From the NCBI GenBank assembly GCA_046349175.1, contig JAXMCS010000004.1:43017-107016 (forward strand): a DNA stretch of 64,000 bases, written 5' to 3'. This document shows, piece after piece, positions 50,987 to 61,535 of this stretch (position 1 is its first letter; every line of letters begins with the position of its first letter). A model generated the notes under the pieces. That model saw only the letters and a program-made list of their open reading frames with translations. It was not told where the DNA came from and searched no databases. Origin of the DNA: Hyphomicrobiales bacterium. GTDB taxonomy: Bacteria > Pseudomonadota > Alphaproteobacteria > Rhizobiales > Aestuariivirgaceae. A program made the translations under genes and the position numbers.

Positions 50987-52125
50987 TGGCGAAGAAACCG
51001 CTCAACATCGGCATGGTGGGCTATGGCTTCATGGGCCGCGCCCACTCCAACGCCTTCGCCCAGGCCGGCCATTTCTTTGACTTGCCCTACCAGCCCGTTC
51101 TGAAAGCAGCCGCAGCCCGCGATGCCGGCAAGCTCAAGGCCTTTGCCGATCAATGGGGCTATCAATCCACCGAGACAGATTGGCGCAAGCTGATTGACCG
51201 CAAGGACATTGATCTCATCGACATAGCCGCGCCCAACGACATGCACATGGAAATTGCCTTGGCGGCCGCTGCCGCAGGCAAAATGGTGATGTGCGAAAAG
51301 CCGCTGGGCCGCAACGCTGCCGAGAGCCGCACGATGGTGGAGGCTGTGGCCAAGGCCAAGGTGCCCAACATGGTGTGGTACAACTACCGCCGCATTCCCG
51401 CCGTGACGCTGGCCAAGCAGCTCATTGACGAAGGCCGCCTTGGCAAGATCTTCCATTACCGCGCCAAGTTCCTGCAGGACTGGACCATTTCGGCGGACCT
51501 GCCGCAAGGCGGGCAGGGCCTGTGGCGGCTGGATGTGGGCGTGGCCGGATCCGGTGTGACCGGCGATTTGCTGGCCCACTGCATCGACACCTCACTCTGG
51601 CTCAATGGTGCCATCACCAGCGTTGTTGGCCTCACCGAAACCTTCATCAAGGAACGCCACCACAATCTCACCGGCAAGACCGAGAAGGTGGGCATCGATG
51701 ACGCGAGCCTCTTCCTGGCGCGCTACGCAAACGGCTCACTCGGCAATTTCGAAGCCACGCGCTATGCGCGCGGCCACAAGGCACTTTACACACTGGAGAT
51801 CAATGGCGAGAAGGCTTCCATTTTCTGGGACCTGCACGACCTGCACCGCCTGCAATATTTCGATCACCGCGACGAAGGCCGCACCCGCGGCTGGCGCTCC
51901 ATCCATGTGACGGATGGCGACCACCCCTACATGGGCAAGTGGTGGGTGCCCGGTCTGCAGATCGGATACGAGCACTCCTTCATCCATCAGGCCGCTGATT
52001 TCATTCAGGGCCTCGACAGCAAGACACCCGCCGCCCCCACCTTCAAGGATGCTTTGGCCACCGATCTGGTGACCGATGCCGTTCTCAAGTCAGCGGCCAG
52101 CCGCAGCTGGGAGACCGTGACCTAG
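50986..52125 (+). CDS. Gfo/Idh/MocA oxidoreductase
   Basis: GYGFMG, CEKP, YNYRR, WRL, GDLLAH. Confidence 0.92.
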   Translation: MAKKPLNIGMVGYGFMGRAHSNAFAQAGHFFDLPYQPVLKAAAARDAGKLKAFADQWGYQSTETDWRKLIDRKDIDLIDIAAPNDMHMEIALAAAAAGKMVMCEKPLGRNAAESRTMVEAVAKAKVPNMVWYNYRRIPAVTLAKQLIDEGRLGKIFHYRAKFLQDWTISADLPQGGQGLWRLDVGVAGSGVTGDLLAHCIDTSLWLNGAITSVVGLTETFIKERHHNLTGKTEKVGIDDASLFLARYANGSLGNFEATRYARGHKALYTLEINGEKASIFWDLHDLHRLQYFDHRDEGRTRGWRSIHVTDGDHPYMGKWWVPGLQIGYEHSFIHQAADFIQGLDSKTPAAPTFKDALATDLVTDAVLKSAASRSWETVT

Positions 52126-52218
52126 GGGATGCACACAAGACACCCTCCGCCGGAACACCCCGGCGACGGATGTAAGACGAACGTCTAGCGACAAAGGTTC
52201 ACAAAGGGAGGAACATCA

Positions 52219-53544
52219 ATGTTAAGGCGTCATTTCTTGCTTACCACGGCCAGTGCCGCGCTGGCCCTGACCAGCACAATGACCTTGCCGGTCATGGCCG
52301 ACGACCAGGAACTCAATATTTTCTGGGCGGAATGGGATCCCGCAAACTATCTGCAGGAACTGGTCAACGATTTCACAGCCGAAACCGGAATCAAGGTGAC
52401 GGTGTCCACCACACCCTGGTCCGACTTCCAGACCAAGGCCTTCACTGAACTCAATGCCAAGGGCGACTCCTATGACATGATCATCGGTGACTCCCAGTGG
52501 CTGGGCGTGGGCTCCGAGCAGGGCCATTGGGTCGACCTCACCGACTTCTTCACCAAGCACGACCTGAAGAACAAGTTCCTGGAAGCCACCGTCAAGGGCT
52601 ATGCCGAATATCCTGCGGCCAGCGGCAAGTATTGGGCCATTCCGCTGGAAGGCGACGTGAACGGCTGGGCCTACCGCAAGGATTGGTTCGAGGATCCCAA
52701 GGAAATGGCGGCCTTCAAGGCCAAGTATGGCTATGACCTTGGCGTGCCGAAGGACCAGAGCCAGCTGCGCGACATCGCCGAGTTCTTCAACCGTCCGGAT
52801 GAAAAGCGCTACGGCGTGGCGCTCTACACCGACAACTCCTACGACGCCATGGCCATGGGCGTGGAACAGACCATCTTCACCTCGGGTGGCAGCCTGGGTG
52901 ACTATGCCACCTACAAGGTGGACGGCCTTGTGAACTCCAAGGAATCAGTGGCTGGCCTGCAGGCCTACCATGACCTGTTCAAGTTCACGCCTCCGGGCTG
53001 GAACAAGGCCTTCTTCGCCGAAAACAACCAGGCCATCACCGAAGGCCTGGCGGCCATGTCGATGAACTACTTCGCCTTCTTCCCTGCCTTGGCCAACCCC
53101 AAGACCAACCCGCATGCGGCGGCCACTGGCTTCTTCGCCAACCCGCCGGGCGTGAATGGTGCCAAGTTTGCCGCCTTGGGCGGGCAGGGCGTCTCCGTCG
53201 TGTCCTATTCCAAGAAGCAGGACCTGGCGATGAAGTTCCTGGAGTGGTTCGTGAAGGACGAAACCCAGAAGCGCTGGGCCGAACTGGGTGGCTATACCTG
53301 CTCGAAGGCGGTGCTGACTTCGCCCGAGTTCCTGAAGGCCACGCCTTACAACCAGGCCTTCTATGACTCGATGAGCATCGTCCGCGACTTCTGGGCCACG
53401 CCCGAATATGCCGAACTGCTCGACCAGTTGAACAAGCGCATCTATCCCTTCGTCATCAGTGACCAGGGCACCGCCCAGGAAGCGCTGGATGGCGTCGTGA
53501 AGGATTGGACGGCGACCTTCAACAAGTACAACCGCTACAAGTAA
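52219..53544 (+). CDS. Carbohydrate ABC (CUT1) substrate-binding protein
   Basis: GGAGG RBS, signal peptide, WAEWDP, YRKDWF, LGGQG. Confidence 0.9.
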   Translation: MLRRHFLLTTASAALALTSTMTLPVMADDQELNIFWAEWDPANYLQELVNDFTAETGIKVTVSTTPWSDFQTKAFTELNAKGDSYDMIIGDSQWLGVGSEQGHWVDLTDFFTKHDLKNKFLEATVKGYAEYPAASGKYWAIPLEGDVNGWAYRKDWFEDPKEMAAFKAKYGYDLGVPKDQSQLRDIAEFFNRPDEKRYGVALYTDNSYDAMAMGVEQTIFTSGGSLGDYATYKVDGLVNSKESVAGLQAYHDLFKFTPPGWNKAFFAENNQAITEGLAAMSMNYFAFFPALANPKTNPHAAATGFFANPPGVNGAKFAALGGQGVSVVSYSKKQDLAMKFLEWFVKDETQKRWAELGGYTCSKAVLTSPEFLKATPYNQAFYDSMSIVRDFWATPEYAELLDQLNKRIYPFVISDQGTAQEALDGVVKDWTATFNKYNRYK

Positions 53545-53616
53545 CATCTGCCTGCGGGCCGGGGCACGCCAATTGCCCCGGCCCGCATCTCAGGCGCGCA
53601 TGAACGGAGAATACGA

Positions 53617-54522
53617 TTGAGCACTGCGACATCCCCCATGTCACCCGATGCCAAGCGCTCAGTAAACCGGGGCATCAGTGATCTGGCTTTGCGGAATCTC
53701 TTCATCATTCCGACTGTGGCCTTCCTGATCATCTTCAACATTTTCCCGCTGATCTATTCCCTCGGCTATTCCTTCACGGATTTTGCCGCGAACCAGAACC
53801 GGCCCTGGTCCTTCGTGGGGCTTCAGAACTACCGTGACCTTTTGGCCGATGAGCAGGTCTGGTCCAACTTCATCATCACCGCGAAATATGTGATCATTTC
53901 TGTCACGGGGCAGATGCTCGTGGGCTTCGGCATGGCCATGCTGCTCAACCGCACCTTCGCCTACAAGGGCTTCGTCACCACGCTTCTGCTCTTGCCCATG
54001 ATGATGTCGGCAGCTGTTGTCGGCCTGTTCTGGCAGCTGCTCTATTCACCCAGCTGGGGCCCCATCAACTACATCGTCGGCCTTGGCGACTTTGGCCTGC
54101 TCGCCAATGCTGACACCGCGCTTTATGCCGTGGCCATCACCGACATCTGGATGTGGTCGCCCTTCGTGATGCTGCTGTCCCTCGCCGGGCTTTCAGCGGT
54201 GCCCAAACATCTCTACGAGGCCGCCGCCATCGACCGCGCCAGCAGCTGGTACACCTTCACACGCATCACCCTGCCGCTCGTTTCGCCGCTGCTTCTGATC
54301 GCGCTCATTTTCCGCACCATGGAAGCCTTCAAGACCTTCGATCTGGCCTATGTGCTGAGCGTGCAGCCTACAACGGAACTCATCTCCATCAAGCTTTACA
54401 GGCTGGCCTTCCAGCAGTGGGACACGGGGCGCTCCTGCGCGCTCGCCTACATCGTGCTGATCATGGTGCTCGCCATCACCAACATCTACGTCAAATACCT
54501 CAACAAAGTGAAGGAGCGCTGA
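53617..54522 (+). CDS. CUT1 permease (MalF-like)
   Basis: FVGLQNY, DIWMWSPF, YEAAAIDRA. Confidence 0.92.
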   Translation: MSTATSPMSPDAKRSVNRGISDLALRNLFIIPTVAFLIIFNIFPLIYSLGYSFTDFAANQNRPWSFVGLQNYRDLLADEQVWSNFIITAKYVIISVTGQMLVGFGMAMLLNRTFAYKGFVTTLLLLPMMMSAAVVGLFWQLLYSPSWGPINYIVGLGDFGLLANADTALYAVAITDIWMWSPFVMLLSLAGLSAVPKHLYEAAAIDRASSWYTFTRITLPLVSPLLLIALIFRTMEAFKTFDLAYVLSVQPTTELISIKLYRLAFQQWDTGRSCALAYIVLIMVLAITNIYVKYLNKVKER

Positions 54523-54525
54523 GCC

Positions 54526-55482
54526 ATGGGCATGGTCCGTCCTGCCAGCCACGCCGCCTTCAACCGCATCGCCATCGCGGCGGTGCTGGTGCTGACGATT
54601 GTCTTCCTGTCGCCGATCTACTGGATTGCCTCCACCTCCTTCAAGGCGCGCTCAGTGGCCACCTCGGTGCCACCCACGGTGTTTTTCACGCCGCAGATCA
54701 CGCCCTATGTGAAGCTTTTCACCAAGCGCGTGCAACTGACGGCGGACGTGGACCCGGCAAAATACGAGGCCGCTCCCTGGTGGGAAAAACTTGTCTATGA
54801 TGGTGGCGAGCGTGTGCTGCGCACCGGCACAACGCCGCAGCTTTCGCCCTATCCCAGCCGCTTTCAAAACAGCCTCATCGTGGCCATCACCAGCACGTTG
54901 CTGGCGGTGGGCCTTGGCACCTTCACGGCCTATGGTTTCTCGCGGTTCAAGATGAAGGGCGAGGATGATCTCCTGTTCTTCATTCTCTCCACCCGCATGT
55001 TGCCACCTGTCGTGGTGGCAATCCCCATGTTCCTCATGTACCGGGCCGCGGGTCTCACCGACACGCACATTGGCCTCATCATCATGTATGTGGCTTTCAA
55101 CCTGTCCTTCTCGGTGTGGCTGATGAAGGGCTTCATGGATGAAATCCCCAAGGAATATGAAGAAGCGGCCCTGGTGGACGGCTACACGCGGCTGCAAGCC
55201 TTCTTCAAGATCGTGCTGCCGGAGGCCGCAACAGGCATCGCCGCCACGGCCGTGTTCTGCTTCATCACGGCCTGGAACGAATATGCCTTCGCCCTCATCC
55301 TCACCAGCCGCAACGCGCAAACAGCGCCTCCCTTCATTCCGGCCCAGGTGGGATCCGGCCTCATCGACTGGACGACGATTGCCGCAGGCTCCGTGCTGTT
55401 CCTGCTGCCAGTGGCACTCTTCACCTTCCTGCTCCGCAACCATCTGCTGCGCGGCGTGACCTTTGGAGCCATCCGCAAATGA
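54526..55482 (+). CDS. CUT1 permease (MalG-like)
   Basis: NSLIVA, EEAALVDG, AWNEY. Confidence 0.92.
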   Translation: MGMVRPASHAAFNRIAIAAVLVLTIVFLSPIYWIASTSFKARSVATSVPPTVFFTPQITPYVKLFTKRVQLTADVDPAKYEAAPWWEKLVYDGGERVLRTGTTPQLSPYPSRFQNSLIVAITSTLLAVGLGTFTAYGFSRFKMKGEDDLLFFILSTRMLPPVVVAIPMFLMYRAAGLTDTHIGLIIMYVAFNLSFSVWLMKGFMDEIPKEYEEAALVDGYTRLQAFFKIVLPEAATGIAATAVFCFITAWNEYAFALILTSRNAQTAPPFIPAQVGSGLIDWTTIAAGSVLFLLPVALFTFLLRNHLLRGVTFGAIRK

Positions 55483-55685
55483 GCAATTCCTCTCAGAGCT
55501 TTGGCGGGATCAGCGTCAAATATCTCGAACCCGCCTCCATCTGGATCATGGTGCTGGGCATCATCGCGCTGTGCCAGCCTTTCAGCATGGCGCTGCATCA
55601 ATACGGCGTCACCATCGTGCTCATTGGATTGATCGGCTTCAACATCTTCTCGAAGATCAAGCCGCCCGTGCAGGGCGACAGGTAA
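55479..55685 (+). CDS. Small two-TM membrane protein inside the ABC operon
   Basis: 68 aa, two hydrophobic segments, ATGA overlap with the permease stop, 5 nt before the ATPase start. Confidence 0.75.
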   Translation: MSNSSQSFGGISVKYLEPASIWIMVLGIIALCQPFSMALHQYGVTIVLIGLIGFNIFSKIKPPVQGDR

Positions 55686-55690
55686 GTTTC

Positions 55691-56821
55691 ATGGCTGAGA
55701 TTGTTCTGCGCGACATCGAGAAGTATTTCGGCGATGTCTATGTTATCCGGAAACTGAACCTCACCATCAAGCAGGGTGAGTTTGTGGTGCTGCTCGGGCC
55801 CTCGGGCTGCGGCAAGACCACGACGCTGCGCGCCATTGCGGGGCTTGAGGATATCACCTCGGGTGACATCCTGATTGATGGCAAGCCCGTGCAGGATCTG
55901 GAGCCCGGCCACCGCGACATCGCTTTCGTCTTCCAGCTCTTTGCGCTCTATCCGCACCTCACCGCCCATGACAACATCGCGTTCCCGCTGCGGGCCACGC
56001 GCGAGCGCCCGGAAGACGTGGCGGCCAAGGTGGCGGCGGTCGCCAAGTCCCTGCAGATCGAGCATCTCCTCTCCAAGCGGCCCTCGGCACTCTCCGGTGG
56101 TGACATGCAGCGCGTGGCCATTGGCCGGGCCCTGGTGCGCCGCCCAAAGGCCATGCTGATGGACGAGCCGATCGGCGCGCTGGATGCCAAGCTGCGCGAG
56201 GAGATGCGCGTGGAACTGAAGCGCCTGCATGTGGAGAACAATTCCACCACCGTCTATGTCACCCATGACCAGGTTGAGGCCATGGCGCTTGCCGACCGCG
56301 TGGCGATCATGAACGAAGGCGTGCTGCAACAGGTGGGCACACCGGACGAGGTTTACAACAATCCGGCCAATCTCTTTGTGGCACAATTCGTGGGCAGCCC
56401 GGTGATGAACATCACGCCGGCGCGCCTGTTGGCGGGCAAGGGCAAGGCCACGTTGGCGGTTGGTGCCGACAAGGCGGGCTTTGATGTACCGGCTGATTTC
56501 CTGCGTCAGATTGAGCAGGCGGGCGGAGATCCGGCCAATGTCATTCTGGGTATCCGGCCAGAGGGTCTGATCGTCAGTCAATCAGGCAGCAAGGACAAAG
56601 GCGGCCTTGCCGCCACCGTGCAATTGATCGAGCCTTTGGGCTCCCATGACATCGTTGATCTTGATTTCGGCGGCACAGTGTTGCGGGCCCGCACCGCCAG
56701 TGGCCGTCTCGGCAAGCTCGGAGAGAAGGTTACAGTTGCGCTGGATCCAGGCCACGTCCGCTTCTTTGAACCGCGAACCGGCAACTCTTTTCAGGTGAAG
56801 TACGGCCATGGCGCAAATTGA
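55691..56821 (+). CDS. CUT1 ABC ATPase 1
   Basis: GPSGCGKTT, LSGGDMQR, MDEP, VTHDQ. Confidence 0.93.
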   Translation: MAEIVLRDIEKYFGDVYVIRKLNLTIKQGEFVVLLGPSGCGKTTTLRAIAGLEDITSGDILIDGKPVQDLEPGHRDIAFVFQLFALYPHLTAHDNIAFPLRATRERPEDVAAKVAAVAKSLQIEHLLSKRPSALSGGDMQRVAIGRALVRRPKAMLMDEPIGALDAKLREEMRVELKRLHVENNSTTVYVTHDQVEAMALADRVAIMNEGVLQQVGTPDEVYNNPANLFVAQFVGSPVMNITPARLLAGKGKATLAVGADKAGFDVPADFLRQIEQAGGDPANVILGIRPEGLIVSQSGSKDKGGLAATVQLIEPLGSHDIVDLDFGGTVLRARTASGRLGKLGEKVTVALDPGHVRFFEPRTGNSFQVKYGHGAN

Positions 56822-57878
56822 ACTGAAGGATGTCACCAAGCGTTTTGGTGCGCATGCCGCGCTGGATGGCCTGTCGTTGCAGGTGGCCGATGGCGAGTTC
56901 TTCGTGCTGTTGGGGCCCACGGGCGCCGGCAAGACCACGGTTCTCCGCACCATCGCGGGGCTGGAGCAGCCCACCTCCGGCAGCGTCTGGATTGGCGGTG
57001 AGGATGTGATGAACCAGACCGCCGCCGAGCGCGATGTGGCCCTGGTGTTCCAGTATTACTCGCTCTATCCGCGCTACACGGTGCGGGACAATCTCGCCTT
57101 TCCTCTGCGCTCCAAGGTGCGGCAAATGCCTGAAAGCGAAATTGCCGCGCGCATCAGTTGGGCCGCCAAGACCTTGCGCATCGAGCACCTTCTGGACCGC
57201 AAGACCGACAGGCTGTCCGGCGGCGAAATGCAGCGCGTCTCAATCGGCCGCGCCATTGTGCGCGAGCCGCGCGCCTTCCTGATGGATGAGCCGCTCTCCA
57301 ATCTGGATGCAAAGCTGCGCGAGGCCCTGCGTGGTGAATTGAAGAACCTGCAGAAGCGCCTCAAATCCACTTTCCTCTTCGTCACCCATGACCAGATCGA
57401 GGCGCTCTCCATGGGTGACCGCATCGGCGTCATGCAGAACGGCAGCATCATGCAGGTGGGCATGCCCCATGAAATCTATGGCCGGCCCAACAGCATGTTC
57501 GTGGCGAGTTTTGTGGGAACGCCATCCATGAGCTTCATCCCCGCCGAAGTCGCGGGCGGCGTCGTGACAGCTCTGGGCCGCAAGCTTTCCGTGCCGCTGG
57601 CCAAAGGTGTGGCCAATGGCAAGGCCCATGTCGGCCTGCGCGCCGAGGATGTGCTGATCGGGCCCAAGCTGCCACACAGCGGGGTCATCCACGAGGTTGA
57701 GAATTTCGGTGTGGAGAAGATCGTCACGCTGCGCAGCGGTGATCACTTCATTCGCGCCGCAGTTCCGGCGGCCACGGCAACGCCGCTGGGCGGCCCGGTG
57801 ACATTTGACATGAAGCCCGGCAAAATCCATTGCTTCGACGCCGCAAGCGGACGGCGCATCAACGCAGAAGGACAGTGA
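56808..57878 (+). CDS. CUT1 ABC ATPase 2
   Basis: GPTGAGKTT, LSGGEMQR, MDEPLSNLD, VTHDQ. Confidence 0.93.
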   Translation: MAQIELKDVTKRFGAHAALDGLSLQVADGEFFVLLGPTGAGKTTVLRTIAGLEQPTSGSVWIGGEDVMNQTAAERDVALVFQYYSLYPRYTVRDNLAFPLRSKVRQMPESEIAARISWAAKTLRIEHLLDRKTDRLSGGEMQRVSIGRAIVREPRAFLMDEPLSNLDAKLREALRGELKNLQKRLKSTFLFVTHDQIEALSMGDRIGVMQNGSIMQVGMPHEIYGRPNSMFVASFVGTPSMSFIPAEVAGGVVTALGRKLSVPLAKGVANGKAHVGLRAEDVLIGPKLPHSGVIHEVENFGVEKIVTLRSGDHFIRAAVPAATATPLGGPVTFDMKPGKIHCFDAASGRRINAEGQ

Positions 57879-57880
57879 CG

Positions 57881-58573
57881 ATGAGGTTTGCGGGCCGCAG
57901 GGCCGTGGTGACAGGCGGCCTCTCCGGGATTGGCGAAGCCGTGCTCAAGCGCATCATCGCGGAAGGCGGCAAGGCCGTGGCTTGGGATGTGAATGGCGGC
58001 ATCAAGACCGACATTTCCGATCTTGCTTCGGTGGAAAAGGCCGTGGCCGAAACCGTGAAGCAGCTGGGCGGCATCGACATTCTCGTCAACAGCGCGGGCA
58101 TCACCGGCCCCACCGTGCCGGTGGATGGCTTTCCCATTGATGGCTGGCTCAAGACCATGGCCGTCAATGTGAACGGCACGTTCTTCACAAACCGCGCCGT
58201 GCTGCCGCTGATGATCGCGCAGAACTATGGCCGCATCGTCAATATTGCCTCCATTGCCGGCAAGGAAGGCAACCCCAATGCCTCGGCCTATTCGGCTTCG
58301 AAGGCGGCGGTCATCGGTTTCACCAAGTCACTGTCCAAGGAAGTGGCGAAATACAACATCACCGCAAACTCCGTCACACCCGCCGCGGTGCGCACGGCGA
58401 TCTTTGACCAGATGCCGCAAAGCCATATTGATTTCATGCTCTCCAAGATCCCGAAAGGCCGCTTCGGAACCGTGGAGGAAAATGCCGCCCTCATCTGCTT
58501 CCTCGCATCAGAGGAATGCTCTTTCTCCACCGGAGCCGTCTTCGACATTTCGGGTGGCCGCGCCACCTATTGA
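57881..58573 (+). CDS. SDR resembling 2-keto-3-deoxy-L-rhamnonate 4-dehydrogenase (LRA5-type)
   Basis: SAGITG.T.PV, ASIAGKEGNPNASAYSASK, KIP.GR, SEECSF, SGGRATY recalled as typical of this subgroup. Confidence 0.75.
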   Translation: MRFAGRRAVVTGGLSGIGEAVLKRIIAEGGKAVAWDVNGGIKTDISDLASVEKAVAETVKQLGGIDILVNSAGITGPTVPVDGFPIDGWLKTMAVNVNGTFFTNRAVLPLMIAQNYGRIVNIASIAGKEGNPNASAYSASKAAVIGFTKSLSKEVAKYNITANSVTPAAVRTAIFDQMPQSHIDFMLSKIPKGRFGTVEENAALICFLASEECSFSTGAVFDISGGRATY

Positions 58574-59500
58574 TCAGGCCTTGCGTTTCCGCGCCAGGGC
58601 TTCTGCTCCTGCAAAGCCACGCTGATAGACATTCTGTTCCGTACGCGGAATGAGAATGAGGTCGTCCTGCGCGCTGGCATCCCAGTCGCCGGTCCACACA
58701 CCGAAAGTGCTGCGGCTGGCCGTCACCGGCCACAGCCTGAAGCCCGAGACATAGTTGATCCACGGTATCTCACACTGCGTGATGCGGTAGGAGAGCGAGT
58801 GGTCAAGATCGGAAAGATGCAGGAGCTGCTCGTTCAGATGCCCTTCGCCGAAATAGAAGTCACGCGTTGCGGAAACCTTGTCGGAGCGTTCGCGCTTCAG
58901 CATGTGCATTTTGGTGATGTCGCTGTGCCAAGCGCCCATGCCTGCAAAATCGCGCATGATGCCCCAAATGGACTCGAGCGGCGCCTTGATGTGACGGGAG
59001 GTCCACACCTTGTTGGGCTGGCCACCCGTCCAGCGGGTTGATGGATCCGCCTCGTTGGGCTTTGCCTTGGCAACGATGCGCGCCAGATTGGCGAAGTTGG
59101 CGGCAAACACGTCCTTGGAGATGATGCGCTCATATTTGCCCTCATCGCCCGGGCCCTCATCGAATGTGGCTGTCCATTCCGCGAAGGTTTCATTGCTGTG
59201 GGTGACAGGATAAAGCCGTAGTGTCGCCAGATAATTGCGCACCGGGAAGGCGGGCTTTTCGAAATTGTAGGTGAAGGTCCAGTTGGCATCATCGAGCGTC
59301 AGCAGCCGCTCGCGGATATGCTCGCCATCACGGGTGTGGAACGAGCGCACACAGCCCACCACATCGGCTGCCAGCCCGCCCTCGATCTTTGACCGCGCGA
59401 TGGAAGGTGCCCAGGAGGGCAGGCCGTTGAAATCCCGCACATGGTCCCAGACGGTTTCGACGGGGGCTTTCAGGATGATGGATGCATAGGCACGGGCCAT
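58574..59500 (-). CDS. Tandem SRPBCC (polyketide cyclase / MxaD-like) domain protein
   Basis: Internal duplication: IKAPVETVW..VRDFNGL..W versus IKAPLESIW..MRDFAGM..W, each followed by E.LL.L.D and LYPVT/LWPVT. Confidence 0.85.
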   Translation of the reverse strand: MARAYASIILKAPVETVWDHVRDFNGLPSWAPSIARSKIEGGLAADVVGCVRSFHTRDGEHIRERLLTLDDANWTFTYNFEKPAFPVRNYLATLRLYPVTHSNETFAEWTATFDEGPGDEGKYERIISKDVFAANFANLARIVAKAKPNEADPSTRWTGGQPNKVWTSRHIKAPLESIWGIMRDFAGMGAWHSDITKMHMLKRERSDKVSATRDFYFGEGHLNEQLLHLSDLDHSLSYRITQCEIPWINYVSGFRLWPVTASRSTFGVWTGDWDASAQDDLILIPRTEQNVYQRGFAGAEALARKRKA

Positions 59501-59509
59501 GGTGTTTCC

Positions 59510-60340
59510 TCAAAACGTGATTCGCTTGAAGGCGCGGGTCTGTTCCGTGAGCGCTGTTTCAACGGGCAGGCGCTCCATGGAGCTGGCGCCATAGAAGCCA
59601 TTGATGCCCGGCGTGTGGGCCAGCACATATTGCGCATCGGCGGGCGATGAAATGGGCCCGCCATGGCACAGCACAATCACATCCTTGCGCACCTTGCGGG
59701 CGGCCTCGGCCCAGCCCGCGATCAGCGCCGGGCAGTCCTTCAGCTTGACGGCGGTTTCGGCCCCGATGCTGCCGCCCGTGGTCAGCCCCATATGGGCCAC
59801 AATGATGTCGGCCCCCGCGGCCGTCATGGCTGAGGCTTCATCGGCGTTGAAGACATAGGGCGTGGTGAGCATGTCCTTGGCATGGGCCTTGGCGATGAGA
59901 TCAACCTCCAGCCCATAGCTCATGCCGGTTTCCTCCAGGTTCTGCCGCAACACGCCATCGATCAGGCCAACCGTGGGAAAGTTCTGGATGCCAGAAAAGC
60001 CCATGGCCTTGAGGTCGTCGAGAAAGTGATCCACCAGCAGGAAAGGGTCCGTGCCATTCACCCCGGCCAGCACAGGGGTTTTTTGCACCACGGGCAGCAC
60101 CTCGCGGGCCATGTCCTTCACGATCTCATTGGCGTTTCCATAGGCCAGAATGCCCGCCAGCGAACCGCGCCCCGCCATGCGGTAGCGGCCCGAGTTGTAA
60201 ATGACGATCAAGTCAATGCCACCCGCTTCCTCGCATTTGGCGGAAAGGCCGGTGCCCGCCCCGCCGCCAATGATCGGCTCCTTGCGGGCGATCATGGCCC
60301 GGAATTTTTCGAGCAGCTGTTGGCGTTCAAAGCGGGGCAT
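59510..60340 (-). CDS. PEP-hydrolase-like / TIM-barrel signal transduction family protein
   Basis: [65 protein letters not shown]. Confidence 0.9.
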   Translation of the reverse strand: MPRFERQQLLEKFRAMIARKEPIIGGGAGTGLSAKCEEAGGIDLIVIYNSGRYRMAGRGSLAGILAYGNANEIVKDMAREVLPVVQKTPVLAGVNGTDPFLLVDHFLDDLKAMGFSGIQNFPTVGLIDGVLRQNLEETGMSYGLEVDLIAKAHAKDMLTTPYVFNADEASAMTAAGADIIVAHMGLTTGGSIGAETAVKLKDCPALIAGWAEAARKVRKDVIVLCHGGPISSPADAQYVLAHTPGINGFYGASSMERLPVETALTEQTRAFKRITF

Positions 60341-61535
60341 GGGCACTCTCTCTCATCTCGCGGAAGGCCTGCAGGGCGGCCTGTGCAAAGGCTGCTTCGT
60401 TGATGTGGGCGTCAATTTCCAGAAGCTTGCGGCGGGGATCGGCATTCCAGCCCTTGCGGATCGCTGCAAACAGGGCGGCATCCGCAGCAGGATCATGGAA
60501 GGCCTGGCCTTCCGCATCCAGGGCGGAAACGCCTTTCAGCGGCAGCAGAAAACGAACGGGCCCGGCCATCCGGTTCAGGCGCTCCACAATGAACTGGCCG
60601 ATGGCCGTGTTCTCTTCGGGCGTGGTGCGCATCAGGGTGACTTGCGCATTGTGCACATGGAAATGCCGTTGGGAAAATCGGGCGGGAACCGTTTCGCGCG
60701 GACCAAAGTTCACCATGTCGCAGGCCCCCACGGAACCCACATAGGGAATGGCGTGGCGCTGAAAGCAGCCAAAACGGTCCGCCGTGCAGGGCAGCACTCC
60801 GCCAAACAGATAATCCGCCACTTCCGTTGTGGTCACGTCAAACACGCCGGAAAACAGCCCGCTATCCGCCAGTTTTTCAAAGCACTGTCCGCCCGTGCCC
60901 GTGGCGTGAAAGACAAAGCATTCGTGGTCAGCCTCCAGGGCCTGCCGCAATTGGGTGACGAGAGGCGTGGTGACGCCGAACATTGTGAAGCCAAGGGCGG
61001 GCAGGGTGGCCCCTTGTGTGGCTTTCAGGTTCAAGGCCATGCCAGCGGCGGCATGGGCGGCATTGGCAATCACCTTGCGGGTGATGGCATTGAGCCCCGC
61101 AATGTCCGCCACCGAATGCATGAGCGCAATATCTGTGGGGCCGACGTAAGGGGCCACCTGGCCAGAGGCCATGGTAGAGAGCATCAACTTAGGCAGGCCC
61201 ACCGGCAGGCTGCGCATCGCTTCGGTGACAAGCGCCGTGTTGCCGCCACCACCCAGGCCCAGAACCGCGCCGATATCCTTGCGCGTGGCGAGGAAAACAC
61301 CAAGCGCCTCGGCCATGGCGCTGATCGCCTGACCCCGGTCCTTCAGGCCGAGAACAGCCGCGGCACCTTTGGGGTGATGTTCAGCCACCTGCGCTGCCGG
61401 CACATCCGCGGGCCCCGTGCCGACCGTTGAGACATCAATCAACACAGCCTCGGCACCGGCCTCTTTGACGCAGGCGCAGGCATAGGCGAGCTCCGGGCCC
61501 TTGGTGTCACATGTGCCGACGACGTAAACCTTCAC
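60327..61535 (-). CDS. Tm-1-like ATP-binding domain protein (UPF0261)
   Basis: [60 protein letters not shown]; GTGA-coupled start. Confidence 0.9.
   Translation of the reverse strand: MKVYVVGTCDTKGPELAYACACVKEAGAEAVLIDVSTVGTGPADVPAAQVAEHHPKGAAAVLGLKDRGQAISAMAEALGVFLATRKDIGAVLGLGGGGNTALVTEAMRSLPVGLPKLMLSTMASGQVAPYVGPTDIALMHSVADIAGLNAITRKVIANAAHAAAGMALNLKATQGATLPALGFTMFGVTTPLVTQLRQALEADHECFVFHATGTGGQCFEKLADSGLFSGVFDVTTTEVADYLFGGVLPCTADRFGCFQRHAIPYVGSVGACDMVNFGPRETVPARFSQRHFHVHNAQVTLMRTTPEENTAIGQFIVERLNRMAGPVRFLLPLKGVSALDAEGQAFHDPAADAALFAAIRKGWNADPRRKLLEIDAHINEAAFAQAALQAFREMRESAHAPL

Noticed and set aside
60327-61535. Anti-phage role for the Tm-1-like gene by analogy to the plant Tm-1 resistance protein
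   Set aside because: Context and shared operator are entirely metabolic; no defence genes nearby
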